Below are positions 35,229 through 49,679 of a stretch of 64,000 nucleotides of DNA, piece by piece. The stretch's first letter is position 1. Every line of letters begins with the position of its first letter. Location: positions 41,294,001 through 41,358,000 of the forward strand of contig NC_087436.1 in NCBI RefSeq assembly GCF_036321535.1. The letters run 5' to 3'. Below the pieces are notes generated by a model. The model searched no databases. It was not told the DNA's origin and saw only the letters and a list, made by a program, of their open reading frames with translations. Origin of the DNA: Camelus dromedarius. Lineage: Eukaryota. A program made the position numbers and the translations under genes.

Positions 35229-37837
35229 GGTTTCAGAGAAAAACTCCACTCATCTCAACTATTATCATTCTCCCAGAGAAAGAAGAGCTCTTTGCAGAGT
35301 ACAGATGTAAGATAATTAGAAACACAAGCTGAAATAGATCTTAATGCATATTCAAATATCAATACTTAATGCTAATTTTGCTATTGCTAAGTAGCAAATA
35401 TTTTTCATTTCTTAAAAGGTATATTCTCACTTAATAAACAGAATGGCATACTTCTGATAAATGCATTTGCTCATGTAAGTTAAGCATAAAGTTTTTAGCA
35501 TGTTTAGCTAGAACAGTCTGGAAATTTTCAGATATGTTTGCTATTTATAATTTAAAATGACATATATGTGTTTAGAAGTGAGATTTTATTCTCTTTTTTA
35601 GATAATTTTCTTCAAAATTTTAAAAAATATATAGATTATAGAAAAACTTACATTTTCAAAGTTTTGAGCAGTGAGTTTAAATCACAAGGTTGGCAGTTTA
35701 GCAAGAGATACAGAATACATTTTGAGTTAAAATTGATGCAAACACACTGTTTCTGGATCATTGTTTTAACACACTGACCAAGAACAGTTTGTGTTGTGGC
35801 AAAGGTCCAGATATGAAATAGGCTAAAATAGAATTTTGTGGAATTAAGCAGCTCAGAAAGATACATGTTCTTGTTGGAAGAGTAACTCTTGGAAAAGTAA
35901 CTGACTGGAAACAGTTTACAGAGTTTAAGAAAAAATTCATCCATTCCTTTCTCTTTTTGCCAGCATACAACCAACCACCTGCTCTTCCTATTACCTGGGG
36001 AAAAATTATAATAAAAGAGAACATCTGGGTGATTTAACTAAAATATAAGATTGCTCATTACACTTCTGAGATTTTTTTTCTACAAAATGTTGACAGTAGG
36101 AACACAAAAGTATTGGTATAATGGGTTTTCTGCACAGCTACATAAGCTTGATTAATTTGAAGTAAAATGGGAGAAAATATTTATGCTTCAAATTTAGAAA
36201 TTTATCTCTACAGATAGATTTATTTTCTTTTTCTTTATTGAAGCTATTTGAAATTAAATTCAGTGTGATCATATTCAAGAAATCTCCATTAATTAGATAT
36301 ATTATTTAAGAAATGCAGTCAAGTTTAAAAAATATATTAAAACTCATGCATCTAAGTGAATATATTAATCAAACATCTTCATGGAAATCAGCTTACTTAC
36401 TGTAAGTCTTCTCTGGATTGTTCGGCACTCAATGTTGAAATTGTTTCCAGGGTCTGACACATTGTTTAAATAAATTTAAAAGAATAAAGGGTATACTTTA
36501 TTTACTGTGTATTTTATATGGCCATTTGGAAGTTGAATCTAGTACCTAGTATATGGATCAAGTTAGGTAATATCTCAAAAGGAAATCTCAATGGGAAATA
36601 CAACACTTTAAAAATAACCCTTACACACCAAATAAAACCGCCTTCAAGTGATGTTTATGCAGGTACTATTGGAAAGGCACACTGATTCTCCAACACTAAC
36701 CTACTTAGCTATATACAAAATCTCTACTTTCTTACATCCTTCTAGTAATTATTCAAGCATCTCCCATATTTGTAATATAATTAATATAATTAATCTAATC
36801 CCAGAAAGATACACATTATTGACCGGACTATGGAAATTCTTTCATCATGTTATGTGCCCATCTTTCTTTCATTCAGTTTTAGCTATGGAAGTATTTCAAG
36901 CATGAGTGTGCTAAGGGTTATGCATGCTTACAAAATTCTAAATAAATGCCATTGATTCTTGAATCCTTGCAGTATAATGAAGAAAAATATTAAGATAAAC
37001 AAATCATTGGCTTTAGTATTTTTGTTATATATTATATTTAATATATGAGCTATGTTTTAAGTTGATATATACACATATATATATGCATATAATCAATTTT
37101 ACAATTGCTTTGGCATAGATTTTCTCTATATAGGTAAGAAGCAAGTGACAGCAATGATCTTGCTTACAGCATAGAGAAAAAATAACAAGTGTATTTTCAA
37201 TATATTTTAAGACGTTTATGGATAATAGTTGATTCAAGAGACAACACTAATTTTAGAAATTAAGAGAAAGTTAAAGAATATTTGATACAACCCCTCATTT
37301 TTAAAGTTCAAATGACAGATTCAAAGAAATTAAGTTTTAGATTGTTTTTATGATCAAAGATAAATATAAACAAAATATGATTTCTCTTGAATACTTGACA
37401 CCACGTATGAATTCAAAATAGAGGACAAGTGATGACTGAAAATCAGTAAGAGAAATAATGATATTTGTTACCACTACTTATACACTCATCTAAACAATTT
37501 CTAAGGCATGCATAGACATTGCTTAGATTTTATTTTCCAATGCTAAAAAAAATTCCTACTCATTATCATTGATTAATAGTTATACGGAAACAAATAAAGC
37601 CAAAGAGAAGAAGAAGGTAAAGGTGAAAGGGAGGAAGGGAAAATGGCAAAAGAAGGGGGAAAAGGATAGGAAGAAGAAATAAAGGGAAAACGAAAGATGT
37701 AAGTGAAAACCACAAATTAAAAATTTTGTTTTTTAGTCTTAATTTGTTTTTTGTTTTAAAAACCTGTTTTTCAATCCTAATTCTTCTCTGGTAGAGGAAT
37801 AAAGACACCAAGGTAAAAATAGACAAATACATAATGA

Positions 37838-37885
37838 ATACATACATACATACATACATACATACATACATACATACATACATAC
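37838..37885. repeat. (ATAC)12 microsatellite
   Basis: Perfect tetranucleotide run read directly. Confidence 0.97.
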
Positions 37886-38519
37886 ACAAATGAATATATT
37901 AGTTAATTAAGTGTATAAATAAAAGGTTAAATCACTTAAAGGTATAAAAATTTTAAACTACTTTTTAAAAATTATATACTCCAAGAGACTCAACTTAGTG
38001 ATGGAGGGGAGAATGTCCAACTCTACGAACCATACCATGATACAAATAAATGTAACATGTAATATTTATATAATAAATACTGTTCACATTTTTTCATTTT
38101 TAGAATCAAACTTAGAATAAAAGGATGACAATTTCATTTCACTTACAGGGAGTATAATTTTCTATATATTGACCATATACAAAGTATAAGAGGAATTTCT
38201 ACTCCCTGCAATGGCAAACTAGAGACTTTTGTGCCATCAGGCAGCCCCCAAGGAGACAAGGATTTGTAGGACCAGTTAATGAGAGAAAGGGAGTGATAAA
38301 CTCATTGACACAAACTCACATTGATCCTCGAAGCATATTCCTAGTTAAAGCTGTGGCTGAGATGCTAAGAAATTCAGAAGAGTCTTCAACGGGTTCTTAT
38401 AGCTGAAATACTAGCAACTGAGATTTAAGTGCTGCCAAGAAGGAACCATGGGTAACACTCAGAACTTAATGTAGGGGTATAATAGCATATTGGCCATATA
38501 AGACTAGGACTACTTGGTA

Positions 38520-38657
38520 GACCGTGTCAAAATAGTGATGGCCTGAAGCCAGTCGCAAATATTCTGATTCAAACAATTTGGGGCAGAGCTTGAACGCGAG
38601 ATTTCTTTTTTAACGTTTCACATGATTCTAATGTGAAGTCAGTGCTGAAAACGCTGT
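38520..38657. mobile_element. MER5-like hAT-Charlie fragment
   Basis: ATTCTGATTCAAACAATTTGGGGCAGAGC...TGATTCTAATGTGAAGTCAGTGCTGAAAACGCTG. Confidence 0.65.
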
Positions 38658-38699
38658 TCCACATATCACTTGACAAATCTAATTATTACCACACATTTA

Positions 38700-38815
38700 T
38701 CTTTCTCCTCTACTAGCTGTGAACTTTCGAGGATAGGAATATATTTTTCACATTTGTAGCCTACTCATATAGAAGAGAGACTGATACCAAGTCACTGTTC
38801 AAAAGTTAGTTAGTA
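38700..38815 (+). mobile_element. L2 3' end fragment
   Basis: CTCTACTAGCTGTGAACTTTCGAGGATAGGAAT pattern. Confidence 0.5.
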
Positions 38816-39099
38816 TAAAAGGGTTGACTTTGGAAAGATGGTTATTTTAGTTTAACAGCTACTAATCAAATTCCTACTATTTGCTGCACTTTATAGGAGG
38901 TGTGTAAACAGACGATACAGCACTGGTCTCCAGGGTAATCATTATTCAAAATGGTGCTTACAAATTATCAATTACTATCACGTTGACAGTACCTTTAGGC
39001 CACTACATGTTAAATTAATCTTTCAGACTTCCAACGCTCTAAATCTAATATAGCAAGTCATTCTTTCCTTAGGTAATATTTCATTATCATGAGTAATTG

Positions 39100-40095
39100 A
39101 ATAAAAAAATAATAAACTAATAAAATAGAGCACACATCAATAATAGACTATATAGTTTTTACAAGTGTACATGGAACATCTATAAATACTATGTTCTAAG
39201 ACATAAAAATTCAATTCATTTCAAAAATTTAAATTATTCAGAACAGATTATGATCCCTTTAGTGAAAGATAGAAACAAATAGCACAAAGACAACTGGAAA
39301 AATCACTACCTGTTTGAAAATTATGCATTCCATTTCAAAATATCCCATTAGTCAAGAAAACAACATAATTTGAAATTAGAGAAGATTTTGAACTAAACAA
39401 TAATGAATATATAATACATAAAGTTTGATGATGTGGTTAAATGTGTTTTAGAGAGAAATTCATAGATGTAAAGATGTATACTATAGAAAAGAAAGTTGAA
39501 AATTAATAAGGTATGCTTCCATATTAATAATAAACAACAGCAAAAAACTGAAAAAAGAACATAAAGGAATATCCTAAAGATAAAAAAATTAATATCACAA
39601 AATGAACAAAAAAATTCAACAAGTCAAAATTTGGATTTTGAACCCCCCTAACAAAAATAAAAAAGAGATGATGAACATTTCATAATACTGATTCAGTAAC
39701 AGAAAAGATATGTTACACGTGTTGAGAAGGACAAATGGATCTCCCAATAAGATTTTCACAGGAAAAAAGAGCCAGATAATCAATTAGTATTCAGAAATAA
39801 TAAAGGTCACTAGATTCAAATACAAATTTTAAAAATAAATGGTGTCTTTGTATTCTATCAAGAAATGAATAGAAAACATAAAATAACAAAATATACCAGT
39901 TATGATAACATTGATGAAACATAAAACAGTTCATTAAAATTTGCAATACATCTATGTTGAAAAATACAAAATATTACTGAGAAAAATCAAAGAACTATGT
40001 AAGTGGATGGATATAATACGATGAGAGGTTGAAATTCTCATTTTTGTGAGAATCATTTCTCCCTAAATTTGACGTATATGTTAAATGCAGTATTG
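39100..40095 (+). mobile_element. Old L1M ORF2 fragments
   Basis: TTACAAGTGTACATGGAACAT, TTTGAACTAAACAATAATGAA and AAATATTACTGAGAAAAATCAAAGAA. Confidence 0.75.
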
Positions 40096-40149
40096 TTTAT
40101 AATCTAAATAGTAAAAGGAAAAACAAAAGTGAGAGTTTGTCAGCAGACT

Positions 40150-43100
40150 TATTCTATAAGAAATGGAGAAGGAAATTTTCAATCAGAGGGAATAGAATAC
40201 AAGACAGAAAACTATCCTACACTAAGGAATGAAGAGCACTGAAAATGAATCAAAGAAGATAAAATCCTTTAATTAGTTTAATTGATCTAAAAGATAATGA
40301 ACTATATAAAGCAAAATTGACTGCAAAGTGTTTTATAGTTACAGCATATTAAGTGTTTAATGCTTGTTTTAAAATTTAATAAAAGTGGTACAGATAATTA
40401 ATAGAGAAGATAAAACGGAATTGTAAAAAACACTCAGTTAAGCTAACAGAAGTCAGAAAAAGTGGAAATACATAGCAAATTGCAAGGACTTATTCCAATG
40501 ATATCAATTATCACATTAAATTTGAATTATGTAAGCAAACCAATTAGAAGAAATAGATTGGGTTAAAAAATCCAATTACATGCTACTTACTTTAAACATA
40601 GAGGAATGGGTAAAAAGTAAAAAGATGGGAAAAAGTCATTCTATTCAAACACTATTCTAAATAAATCTAGAGAACTACATGTACATATTTAACAACAGTG
40701 TTTCAATATATTTGGTACAAACATTGACAGAATTTAGAGGAAAATAAACAAAACCAGAGTTATCCAGACTTCAAAACTTCTCTTTTTGTAACAGAACAAG
40801 AAGGCAGACAACCTATATGGATACAGTAGCCCTGAAAAATACTATCCACCAACTTTATCTAATTGACACACAACTGATCAAAAGCAGAATATACATTCAC
40901 CCCAAGGGAACATGTATCTTTCACTAAGATCAGATCCTGGGACCTAAAACAATCCTCAATACTTTTAAAAGAAAAGAAAACACATGAAGATGGTCTCAGA
41001 CTATAAATTATTTACATTATTAATCAATGACAAAAAGATACCTAGAAAATTTCTAAGCATTTGGAAATAAAACTCACTTCTAATTAATTTAATGGGTCAA
41101 AAAGGAAGTGTGATAGGAAGACAAAAATACTTTTAACTAAATGAAAGTGAAAATATATCACTGAAATATGAGGTTGAAGGCAAAACTATGATTAAAAAAC
41201 ATAAACAGAAAATATTTATATCATTTTTTAAAAAGGAAGGCTTCAAATCAATATAAACTTTTACCTTAAGAAACTATAAAAAGGATCAAATTAAACCCAA
41301 AGTCAGTCAAAGAAAGAAAATAAAATTCACAGCAAAATCAATGTGACGTGAGAATGACTGCTGGTTAAAATGTCAATACACAAAAATTATGGACATTACT
41401 TATAATAACAACAAACAATTGAAATTTGAATTAAAATATCACTTATATTAGCATCAAAACATAAAATACTTAGATACAAACCTAAAAGAATACATATATA
41501 AGATATGTATAATGAACCTAAAACCACTGATGTAAGAAGTCAGAGAACATCTATATAAATTAAAAGATATATCATGCTTATGGATTGGAAGACTCAATTT
41601 GCCAGGATATCAGTTCTCCACAGTTGGATCTATAGCCTTCAATGCATTCTGAGTTAAAATTAGGTTTTGTAGATCCTGACAAACTGATTTTAAAATTGAT
41701 ATGCAAAGATGACAGGAATAGAACAGCTAAAATAATTTGGACAAAAAAAAAGCACACGAGTAGAACCCATCCTAACTATATCACAACTTACAAAAAAGAA
41801 AACTATGGTATTCATATGGCATCAAGAGAGTGTGGTATTGTTGAAAGGACAGACATCCAAATCAATGGAATAAGACAGAAGCTTCATATACAGACAGCAC
41901 ACAATATATTTATGTGGTTTTTGACAAAGGTGAAAATACAACTCAACAAAGGATAGTCTTTTCAAAAAAGTTCAGAAACTTTCAAAAAGTAAAAAAAAAT
42001 AGACTTCAATACATATAAAATAAAGAAAACTGCACACATTCCTCACACTTTATTCAAAAATTATCATTAAATGGATCATTTTCTAGATATAAATATCAAA
42101 TTTTCAACTACAAAACTTCTAAAACTTAGGTGAAACTCTGTGTCATCTTGAGTTTGGCAAAGACTTTATGATCTGACATAAAAAGCATAATACTTAAAAA
42201 ATGACAATTTGACTTTATCAAAATTCTAAAGTTTCACTCTGTGAAAGATGTTAAGAGAATGCTGAAAAAAATACAGATCAAGAGTATTTCCAAAGCACAT
42301 GTTTAATAATAACTAATATTCATAACACATAGAAAAAAAATACTGAAAAGAAAGCAAGCAATCAAATTAAAAATGAGCAGCAGATCTGAGCAAACAAATT
42401 AATGATGAAGAAATATGAATGGCAAATAGGCATATGAAATGGTGCTAAACACCTTTCAACATTAGAGAAATGCAAATTACAACCATAATGAGGTATCACT
42501 ACACACTTAGTAGAATAACAAAATCATCAAACCTGACACTATCATTACTGTTACGGATATAAAGCAACTGCAACTTTTACTCATTGCTTGCGAGAATATA
42601 AAATGTCGTAACTACTCTCAAAACTCTTTCTTATAAAATTAGATATACACCTACTATGTATTCCTAAAATCCCTCTCCAAAGTATTAGCCCAAGTAAAAT
42701 GAACACTTACGTTCACACACAAAGAAGTCCATGAATATTTATAGAAGCTTTGCTCATAATCACCAAAATATGACAACTATCTATGTGTCAACTGTAGTAC
42801 CTCCAAGCAATGGAATCATAACACTCAGCAATAAAGAGAAGCAAACTATTAATTCACACATCCATTATATTAAATGCACTTTGTTAAAGTAAACACATAA
42901 GACAACTTATTGTATGATTAGATGTATGCAATATTCTAGAAAAGACAAAAGAAATGGAAAAGAAATCAGTGATTACCAGGAGTTGGAGGAAGTGATGGGA
43001 CTGACTAAAAGGGACAGCTTTAAAGAAACTTTGAGTTGACAAAACTATGCTGTATGTTAACATGGTGGTAGATAAATCACTATTTGCATTTGTCAAAACC

Positions 43101-43997
43101 TATAGAAGTACACAACACTCAGAGGGAACTGTGAGTGTATATGGATTTGAATTCTTTAATCATGATGTGAAGGGAATTCAAGATGTAATGCAGACTGATA
43201 AATTTATGTGTTACAAATGAATTACATAATAGTGCTTGAGGAAGTAAAGAAAAGAGTTGACCTAAATAACTTCGGTAAATAGTTTACAGTTAAAGACTAA
43301 AAGAACTGTATATAAAGATCATACTTTGGTAAATTTGTTTCTCACAAGTCTCAAGATATCTTCCCCCCAAATATGTATAGATTACAAAACGAAAAAATAG
43401 TAGAAGTGAATAAAAACATCAGATAATACCTAAACTAAGTGATCAAAGTTTATGTTACCAGTAAGAAGAGATATTGAAATAATGTTTTTTCCAGTATGAT
43501 GTATTGAAAATGGTACATCATCTTTATGGTATTACTTCCAAAATATACAACTTCAAATTTAATCATGAGAAAACATCAGATATTGAGGAACAATGTCAAG
43601 TACACAATGTTGACAAGTACCTTTAAAAAGAGTCAATGTCATAAAAGACAAGGAAAGTCTAAGGAACTGTTATAGGTTGGAGGATATTGAGAAGATAAAA
43701 CAATGAAAACAAAGTAGACTCCTGAATTGGATCTTGCAACCCAGATCTTGCAGTCCAGATCTTGCCATCCAACGTCAAAAAAATGATATTAGTGGAAAAA
43801 CCGGTGAAATCCTAATAACATATATAGTTTAGACAATATTACTGTACTAGTATTAATTTCCTAGTTTTTACTTTTTGTAATTGTACAATTGCTATATAAG
43901 ATATTGACATTAGGGGCACTGGCTAAGGACTAAATGAAAACTTCCTTTTAATATTTTGCAATGTCTCTATAAGCTTAAAATTATTTCAAAATAAAAT
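40150..43997 (+). mobile_element. Long decayed L1 (L1MC3/MD-like): ORF2 with internal deletions and long 3' UTR
   Basis: ORF 41642-41956 (DKLILKLICK...RTAKII) is an ORF2 remnant; CATTAGAGAAATGCAAATT; 3' UTR GTGATCAAAGTTTATGTTACCAGTAA; ends TTTCAAAATAAAA. Confidence 0.88.
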
Positions 43998-44949
43998 TAT
44001 ATTTATAAATAGCATATTCAGAAATTCTTAAAACCACTCCTAATTTAATTCTTCCTTATTAGGTGTTAACTAAGTTTCCTGCTATTCTACATGTAAAATA
44101 ATTGTTGAGGAAATTAAGTAAAATTTTCCAACATTGAAACCAATTTAAATAATACTTACTTTATGTTGGAGTCTTGTTTCTCATTTTATTTCTGTCATTC
44201 CTAACTAATATGATTCACCACTAAATTTATAAATTTTATAAACTTTAACATTCAGTATCCAGACACAATCATAGCTACATAATCCATCAAATGTTCTAAA
44301 ACAAGAACAAACATAATTAATTTTAAGGAAGTATGGGTGAAAAGTCAAAGATTTGTGTAGACAACAAAATTTCATAAGTTTTAACAAAAAAATGTTATAT
44401 TTGGCTGTCATATGAAGATTAAAAAATTCCAGAAACAAATGTGTCAAAGTCCTAGCAAAAAACACAATATATATATATATATATATACATAACATTTTAG
44501 ACTATAATTCTAAAGGGATTGCATTTTCATAATAATGAGGCTAGAATTACCCTAAATGATACATATTCTAGGATTATCAACTACTCTCATTATTCACTAT
44601 GTGACATTTTATTATCTAATTATTATAATCATTTAAACCAAGAAAAACATGGTTAACTGTTTGAAACAGGTAGAATCTGACTGAAATTAGAACCATGAGT
44701 AATGATATCCTATTTTTTTGGCCAGAAATGACTAATATTCAACATAAAAAATTAAAATTGAGTAAATTTATTTATTTTGTCTGGGAAATTGTGACTATAT
44801 ATATCCTGTGCATTGTAGAGTGTGTTGTGGAAATGTGACTAGGACTTTGCAACATACATAACTTTTTTGCACCTCAAAATAATAAGGATTGAAATAGTTA
44901 AATGCAAAATACATTTCTAAACTATAGAATGCTTAATTTGAATAATCCA

Positions 44950-45160
44950 AGTTGACAAACATTTATTAAACTCTAGATAGAGTGAGTATCACACTCAAGT
45001 GAACTGACAAAATCCTACAGTTACGGAGCTTACAAAATTCTAGAAGAGGCAAGACAGACAATGCACAAAATAAGTAAGAAAATCAAGACGGCATATTGCC
45101 AAGATGGCCCTTTTATACTATGGAGAAAAATAAAGCAGGAAACTAAAATAGGGTTTTGTG
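44950..45160 (-). mobile_element. L2a-like 3' end fragment
   Basis: ACAAACATTTATTAAAC...GGAGCTTACAAAATTCTAG...AGACAGACAAT. Confidence 0.65.
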
Positions 45161-45221
45161 AAAAACAGAGTTACAAATTGCTCTCTTTCTCACAAATGTG
45201 AAAAATTGGTGATTGTTGTAA

Positions 45222-45810
45222 TTTTTTTACTTTGAAATAATTTAGATTTACAAAGAGTTTAAAGATAGTATATAGAATTTCCACATACCCTTTAGCTACC
45301 TTCCTATAATGTTAACATTTATGCAACCATGGTAAAATTATAAACTTTATGAAATTAGCATTGACACAATACTATTAAATAACCCTTAGACTTTACACAT
45401 TTCACAAGTATTTCCACCAATATCCTTTTTCTGATCCTGAATATAACCCCAGATGCCATGTTACATTTAGTTGTCGTGTCTCTTTACTTCGGGTTTTTCT
45501 TTTGTTTTTTTTGTTTTTTTTTTAACAGTTCCTTAGTCTGTTCTTTATTTTTGAAACAGGTAGCATCTGCCTATGATGAGAACCATGACTAATGATATGG
45601 CCAGGTATTTTGTAAAATACCATATGTTTGATGTTTTCTCATGATTAATCTGGGAGCATGAATTTTGGGGGAGAAAAATCACAGACGTGAAGTGACTTTC
45701 TTATATGAAAGGATATGAAATATCAATATGACATTATTGGTGACAAGAATCTGATCACTTGGTTTAGGTGACATCTGCAAGGTTTCTTCAAAGTAAAAAA
45801 CTCTAATTTA
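45222..45810 (-). mobile_element. L1MC4/5-like 3' end
   Basis: TTTTACTTTGAAATAATTTAGATTTACA...TACATTTAGTTGTCGTGTCTCTTTA...TGGCCAGGTATTTTGTA. Confidence 0.8.
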
Positions 45811-45921
45811 CCATGTTATGCTGTAGTCATTCTTCTGTGACCTGGTACTAACTGTTCTTTTTTGTCACAAGTTTATTTCTAAACTTTGTTGATTCTGTTC
45901 TGTAGCCCATCCAGTTAGCTA

Positions 45922-46440
45922 CTTTTATTTTAATCGTACAATTTAATGAATTTTTAATAAAGATATACACCTAACTGCCAACACAAACAAGATACAGAAC
46001 ATTTCCATCAATCTAAAACATTCTGCTGTTCTCCTTCTTAATTTCTCTCACTCCACCCCTAACTCAGTCAAACAATAATCTTTTTTCTATCTATAGATTA
46101 TATTTTCAACACTAGAGTTCCCAATAAGTGGAAGCACTTAGTACATATTTCCCCGAGCATCATTTCTCTCAGCATAACGTGTTCTAGGCTCTTTCATGTT
46201 TTGTACAACAGTATTTCTTTCCTTTTTGATAGATCCATATTGCAGAGATATAATAAAATGGGTTTACCCAGACATTTAACTTGTTTTCCATTTTGAACTA
46301 TTATTAAATTACTATGAACAATTTTGTTCAAGTGTGTGTTCAGACCGTGTCCTTTTTCATCTTGGGCAACTACCTAGTAATACAATTGAAAGGTCGTATA
46401 GTAAATACATGTTTAATTTTCTGAAGAACTGCTAGACTGT
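45922..46440 (-). mobile_element. L1ME-like 3' end
   Basis: AAGATACAGAACATTTCCATCA...TTTAATTTTCTGAAGAACTGCTAGACTGT. Confidence 0.8.
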
Positions 46441-48341
46441 TGAGAGCTATAGGGTCAGTCATGAGTACCCACTATCACATATCTTTGCTGAAAATGTGTC
46501 TGTCCCTCCTATTGATACCCACCACCTTTAGAAACATGGCAAATGTGAAGCATGATTTCCAGCGTATGTCTGTAAACATACTGGATGTGATACCATGCCT
46601 CAAGCCAATCCTTTGCTGTCTTTTAGATACTTCTTATAATGTCTAATAAAATAAGATATCTAGTTATTTTATGCAGTTACAGTTTTGTAAGTTTCTATTT
46701 TATAATTCATGCTATTTCAAAGATTTGGTACAAGGGTAAATAATACATGCTCAGTCTACACCAAATTTAACAGTTAATTTTAGTGACCAAAACAACTATG
46801 AAACAAGTAGTCATATAACTTAATGCCAAGACTGAGACACTGAAATGGTAAAACTGTCACTAGAATAAATTACATTAAATCCAGTTTTAAAACATTTATT
46901 TGAAGGCTAACACATTTGTCTCATTATATTGGTAAATTTAAACTATTTTACCAGTAAGAGATATTCTAAGAAATAAAAGCAACTTATGTTTATATATTTT
47001 TAAATGTTTTTATACAACATACTTGCTAGGGAAATCCTAAATTATATCATGAACAGAAAAGTTATTCTTGGTGCAATGTAATGAACTATTATAAATTTTA
47101 TTACATAATTTTCTAAAACTACACTACTATTTTTTTTCTGTAGAATGTATTTGCCTAATATGATTATATTTTTATTCTCTAATAAAATTACCAGGTATTT
47201 TTAAAACTATATTTTATGAATAATATATATAAAATTATTGACATATTCAATTGGATCTGCTTTGCAAACCATAATATTTTCTTGCATGGAAATATTGTAA
47301 CAATAGACAATAAAGTACTTGGTAAGCTTAGAGTAAATTATATCAGTGAATAACATTCATAAATCTAATTTTTGATAAGTATAAATTAAAGATATTATTT
47401 AATATGAAAAACTAATCTGACATGAATGTTAAACAGGATGAAATGTTGATATAACACAGTAGTCTGCTGTAAAGTAATTTATGTTTTACATTTTTCATTT
47501 AAGCTTTACATCATTGAGAACCTACTAGTGCTACTCACACACAAGAGCTTCATAAAATGTTCTTCGTAATTTAAACAATCCAACTTTTCCTTTTTGTTTA
47601 TCATATATACTATAACATATTTCTTACATCTTGTGATTTAGTGTCACATCAAACTATATATGTTCAAACTACAAAGCTGTTGAAAAATTTAGAAACATTA
47701 ACATTCAAATGCCAGCTTATGGCTGCACCCTCCCATAAAATATTATCTACGTAATGCCAAACACACAATGTGTGTTTCTTTATTTTTGTGAATGAGCTAA
47801 CATTTTTCAAGTCTACAAATTTCTTCCTCACTTTACTCAAGGCATATGTAAAAATTTTCATATCTGATGGAATCAGTATTTTGGTAGCAGTTCTAATTTC
47901 ACCCAAAGTTCATTTTTCACTCTTGGATGAGATTGGAGTACATCCAAGCATAACATAAGGAAATATTCACGTACATATGCATAAAGATTCCATGGCAGAA
48001 CCTTCATCCATTTAAATTAGCATACGGAATCACTTTATACACAATAAATCCAATACAAAAACATCATCACACAGAATGAATAGCATTTAATGATTTCACA
48101 AAATCTGTTCCTCTATAAATTTCAGTGTGAATTCTTGGCAGGATATTACATTCCTTGCAATATTAAACTATTCAGTCTTCTTCAGAACTTGTGTTCTTTA
48201 CTAAGATTTGTAGAAATGTCTCATAATCTAGACTCACATAATTTTTTTTATGGATCAAAACTTTTAAAAATTATATTCACTTCTTGCATCAAAATAATTT
48301 ATAACTACGTAAGATTCACTGCAAACACTAGTATCAACAGA

Positions 48342-48897
48342 TTTTTAAACTAATTTACTGAAATATGATTGACATACAAAAAGCTGTATATAACCTGATG
48401 AGTTTACTATACACACACAATTTGATGAGTTTGAATATAATTGAAATCATCACCACGATCAATGCCACAAATATATCCAGCACCTCCAAATGTTTCCTCC
48501 TACTCTTGTTAGCTGTGTGTGTGTGGGGGGGAAATACTGACACAACATAAAATCTACACTCTAAGCAATATTTTAAGTATAGTTAAGTGTTGTTAACTGT
48601 AGTCACTATACTGCATAGTAGATCTCAAGAAAGTATTCATTTTGCGTAGCTGAAATGTTGTAGTGTTTGACCAATGCCTCCAAATTTTCTCCTGTCCCCA
48701 TGGCCTGGCAACTGTCACTGTACTCTCTGCTTCTATGAATTTGATTATTTCAGATTCCTCATACATGTGGGATCACGTAGTATTTGTCTTTCTGTATCTG
48801 GCTTATTTCACTTAGCATAACATCCTCCAGGTCACAAATGGCAAGATTTATTTCTTTTATAAAGCTAAATCAATAGATATTTAGGTTGATTCCATTG
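48342..48897 (-). mobile_element. L1MA/MB 3' end
   Basis: ACTGAAATATGATTGACATACAAAAAGCTG...TTCTGTATCTGGCTTATTTCACTTAGCATAAC. Confidence 0.88.
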
Positions 48898-49679
48898 CAT
48901 AACCTGGACGTGAAGGAAAAACATTCCTAGACTCAAGCTATCTACTCACTGATGCTAAAGTCATGAAAATTGTCCAAAAGATCTATGGAAATATGTCTAT
49001 TTATTTCTTATATAATTTTTAATACCCTGACATTAAAAAACATATCAAACAGATAAGGTGATCAAAATTAAAGTATGAAGTACAAATGTACATGTTTTTC
49101 ACATTACTAAACCAGTTTATGCATGAGTAATAACAGACAGCTGGCACCTTGGAAAATATTTTTTTGTTGTTGAACCAAAGAGTAAATATCTCAGAGATCT
49201 CTGTTGGAACTTCCTTCAGAAAGTCTTAAAACTCAGGAGGCAGTCTTACATTATTACAAAAGATATGTACAGTCTGTTTCCATAATTATCCCGTGTTATA
49301 TCAAGAAGAAGGAAGTGTTAAGCACTTTCAAATGATGCTAAGAGGTTAAGTGAAAAAAGGTAAGGTCTACTGGATTTGGTCATGTAGTAGTCTTAGAGAG
49401 CACAGCAGGAGTTACTTTATTAAAATAATAAATGATTGCTACATTGGAGTATGAGTAAAGTGAGTAAATGACAAAGCAATTACAAGTACATTTAGAAGTA
49501 TCTAAGTAACCAGTACACAATTCAAACTAATAAAAATGGTTGTCTATTTACTAATATTACTAAAAATGTACTGACTGTTTTGGTAAAGTTCAATTTAGGT
49601 TTTCAAATTATGAGATCAGATACCTATCTTTCTCTAATTTTGGTTCCACTCTCCTTTACTATCACTTAATTTTTTCATA

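Noticed and set aside
34944..35315. 123-aa hydrophobic ORF resembling a membrane protein
   Set aside because: It translates MER58A plus a CT-rich simple repeat
36402..36450. Plus-strand GTAAGT...TTTCCAG mini-intron
   Set aside because: At 49 nt it is shorter than typical mammalian spliceosomal introns
38880..38945. Plus-strand 38-nt exon (TTTATAG...GG/GTAATC)
   Set aside because: Mediocre splice sites, unrecognised peptide, expected by chance in 64 kb
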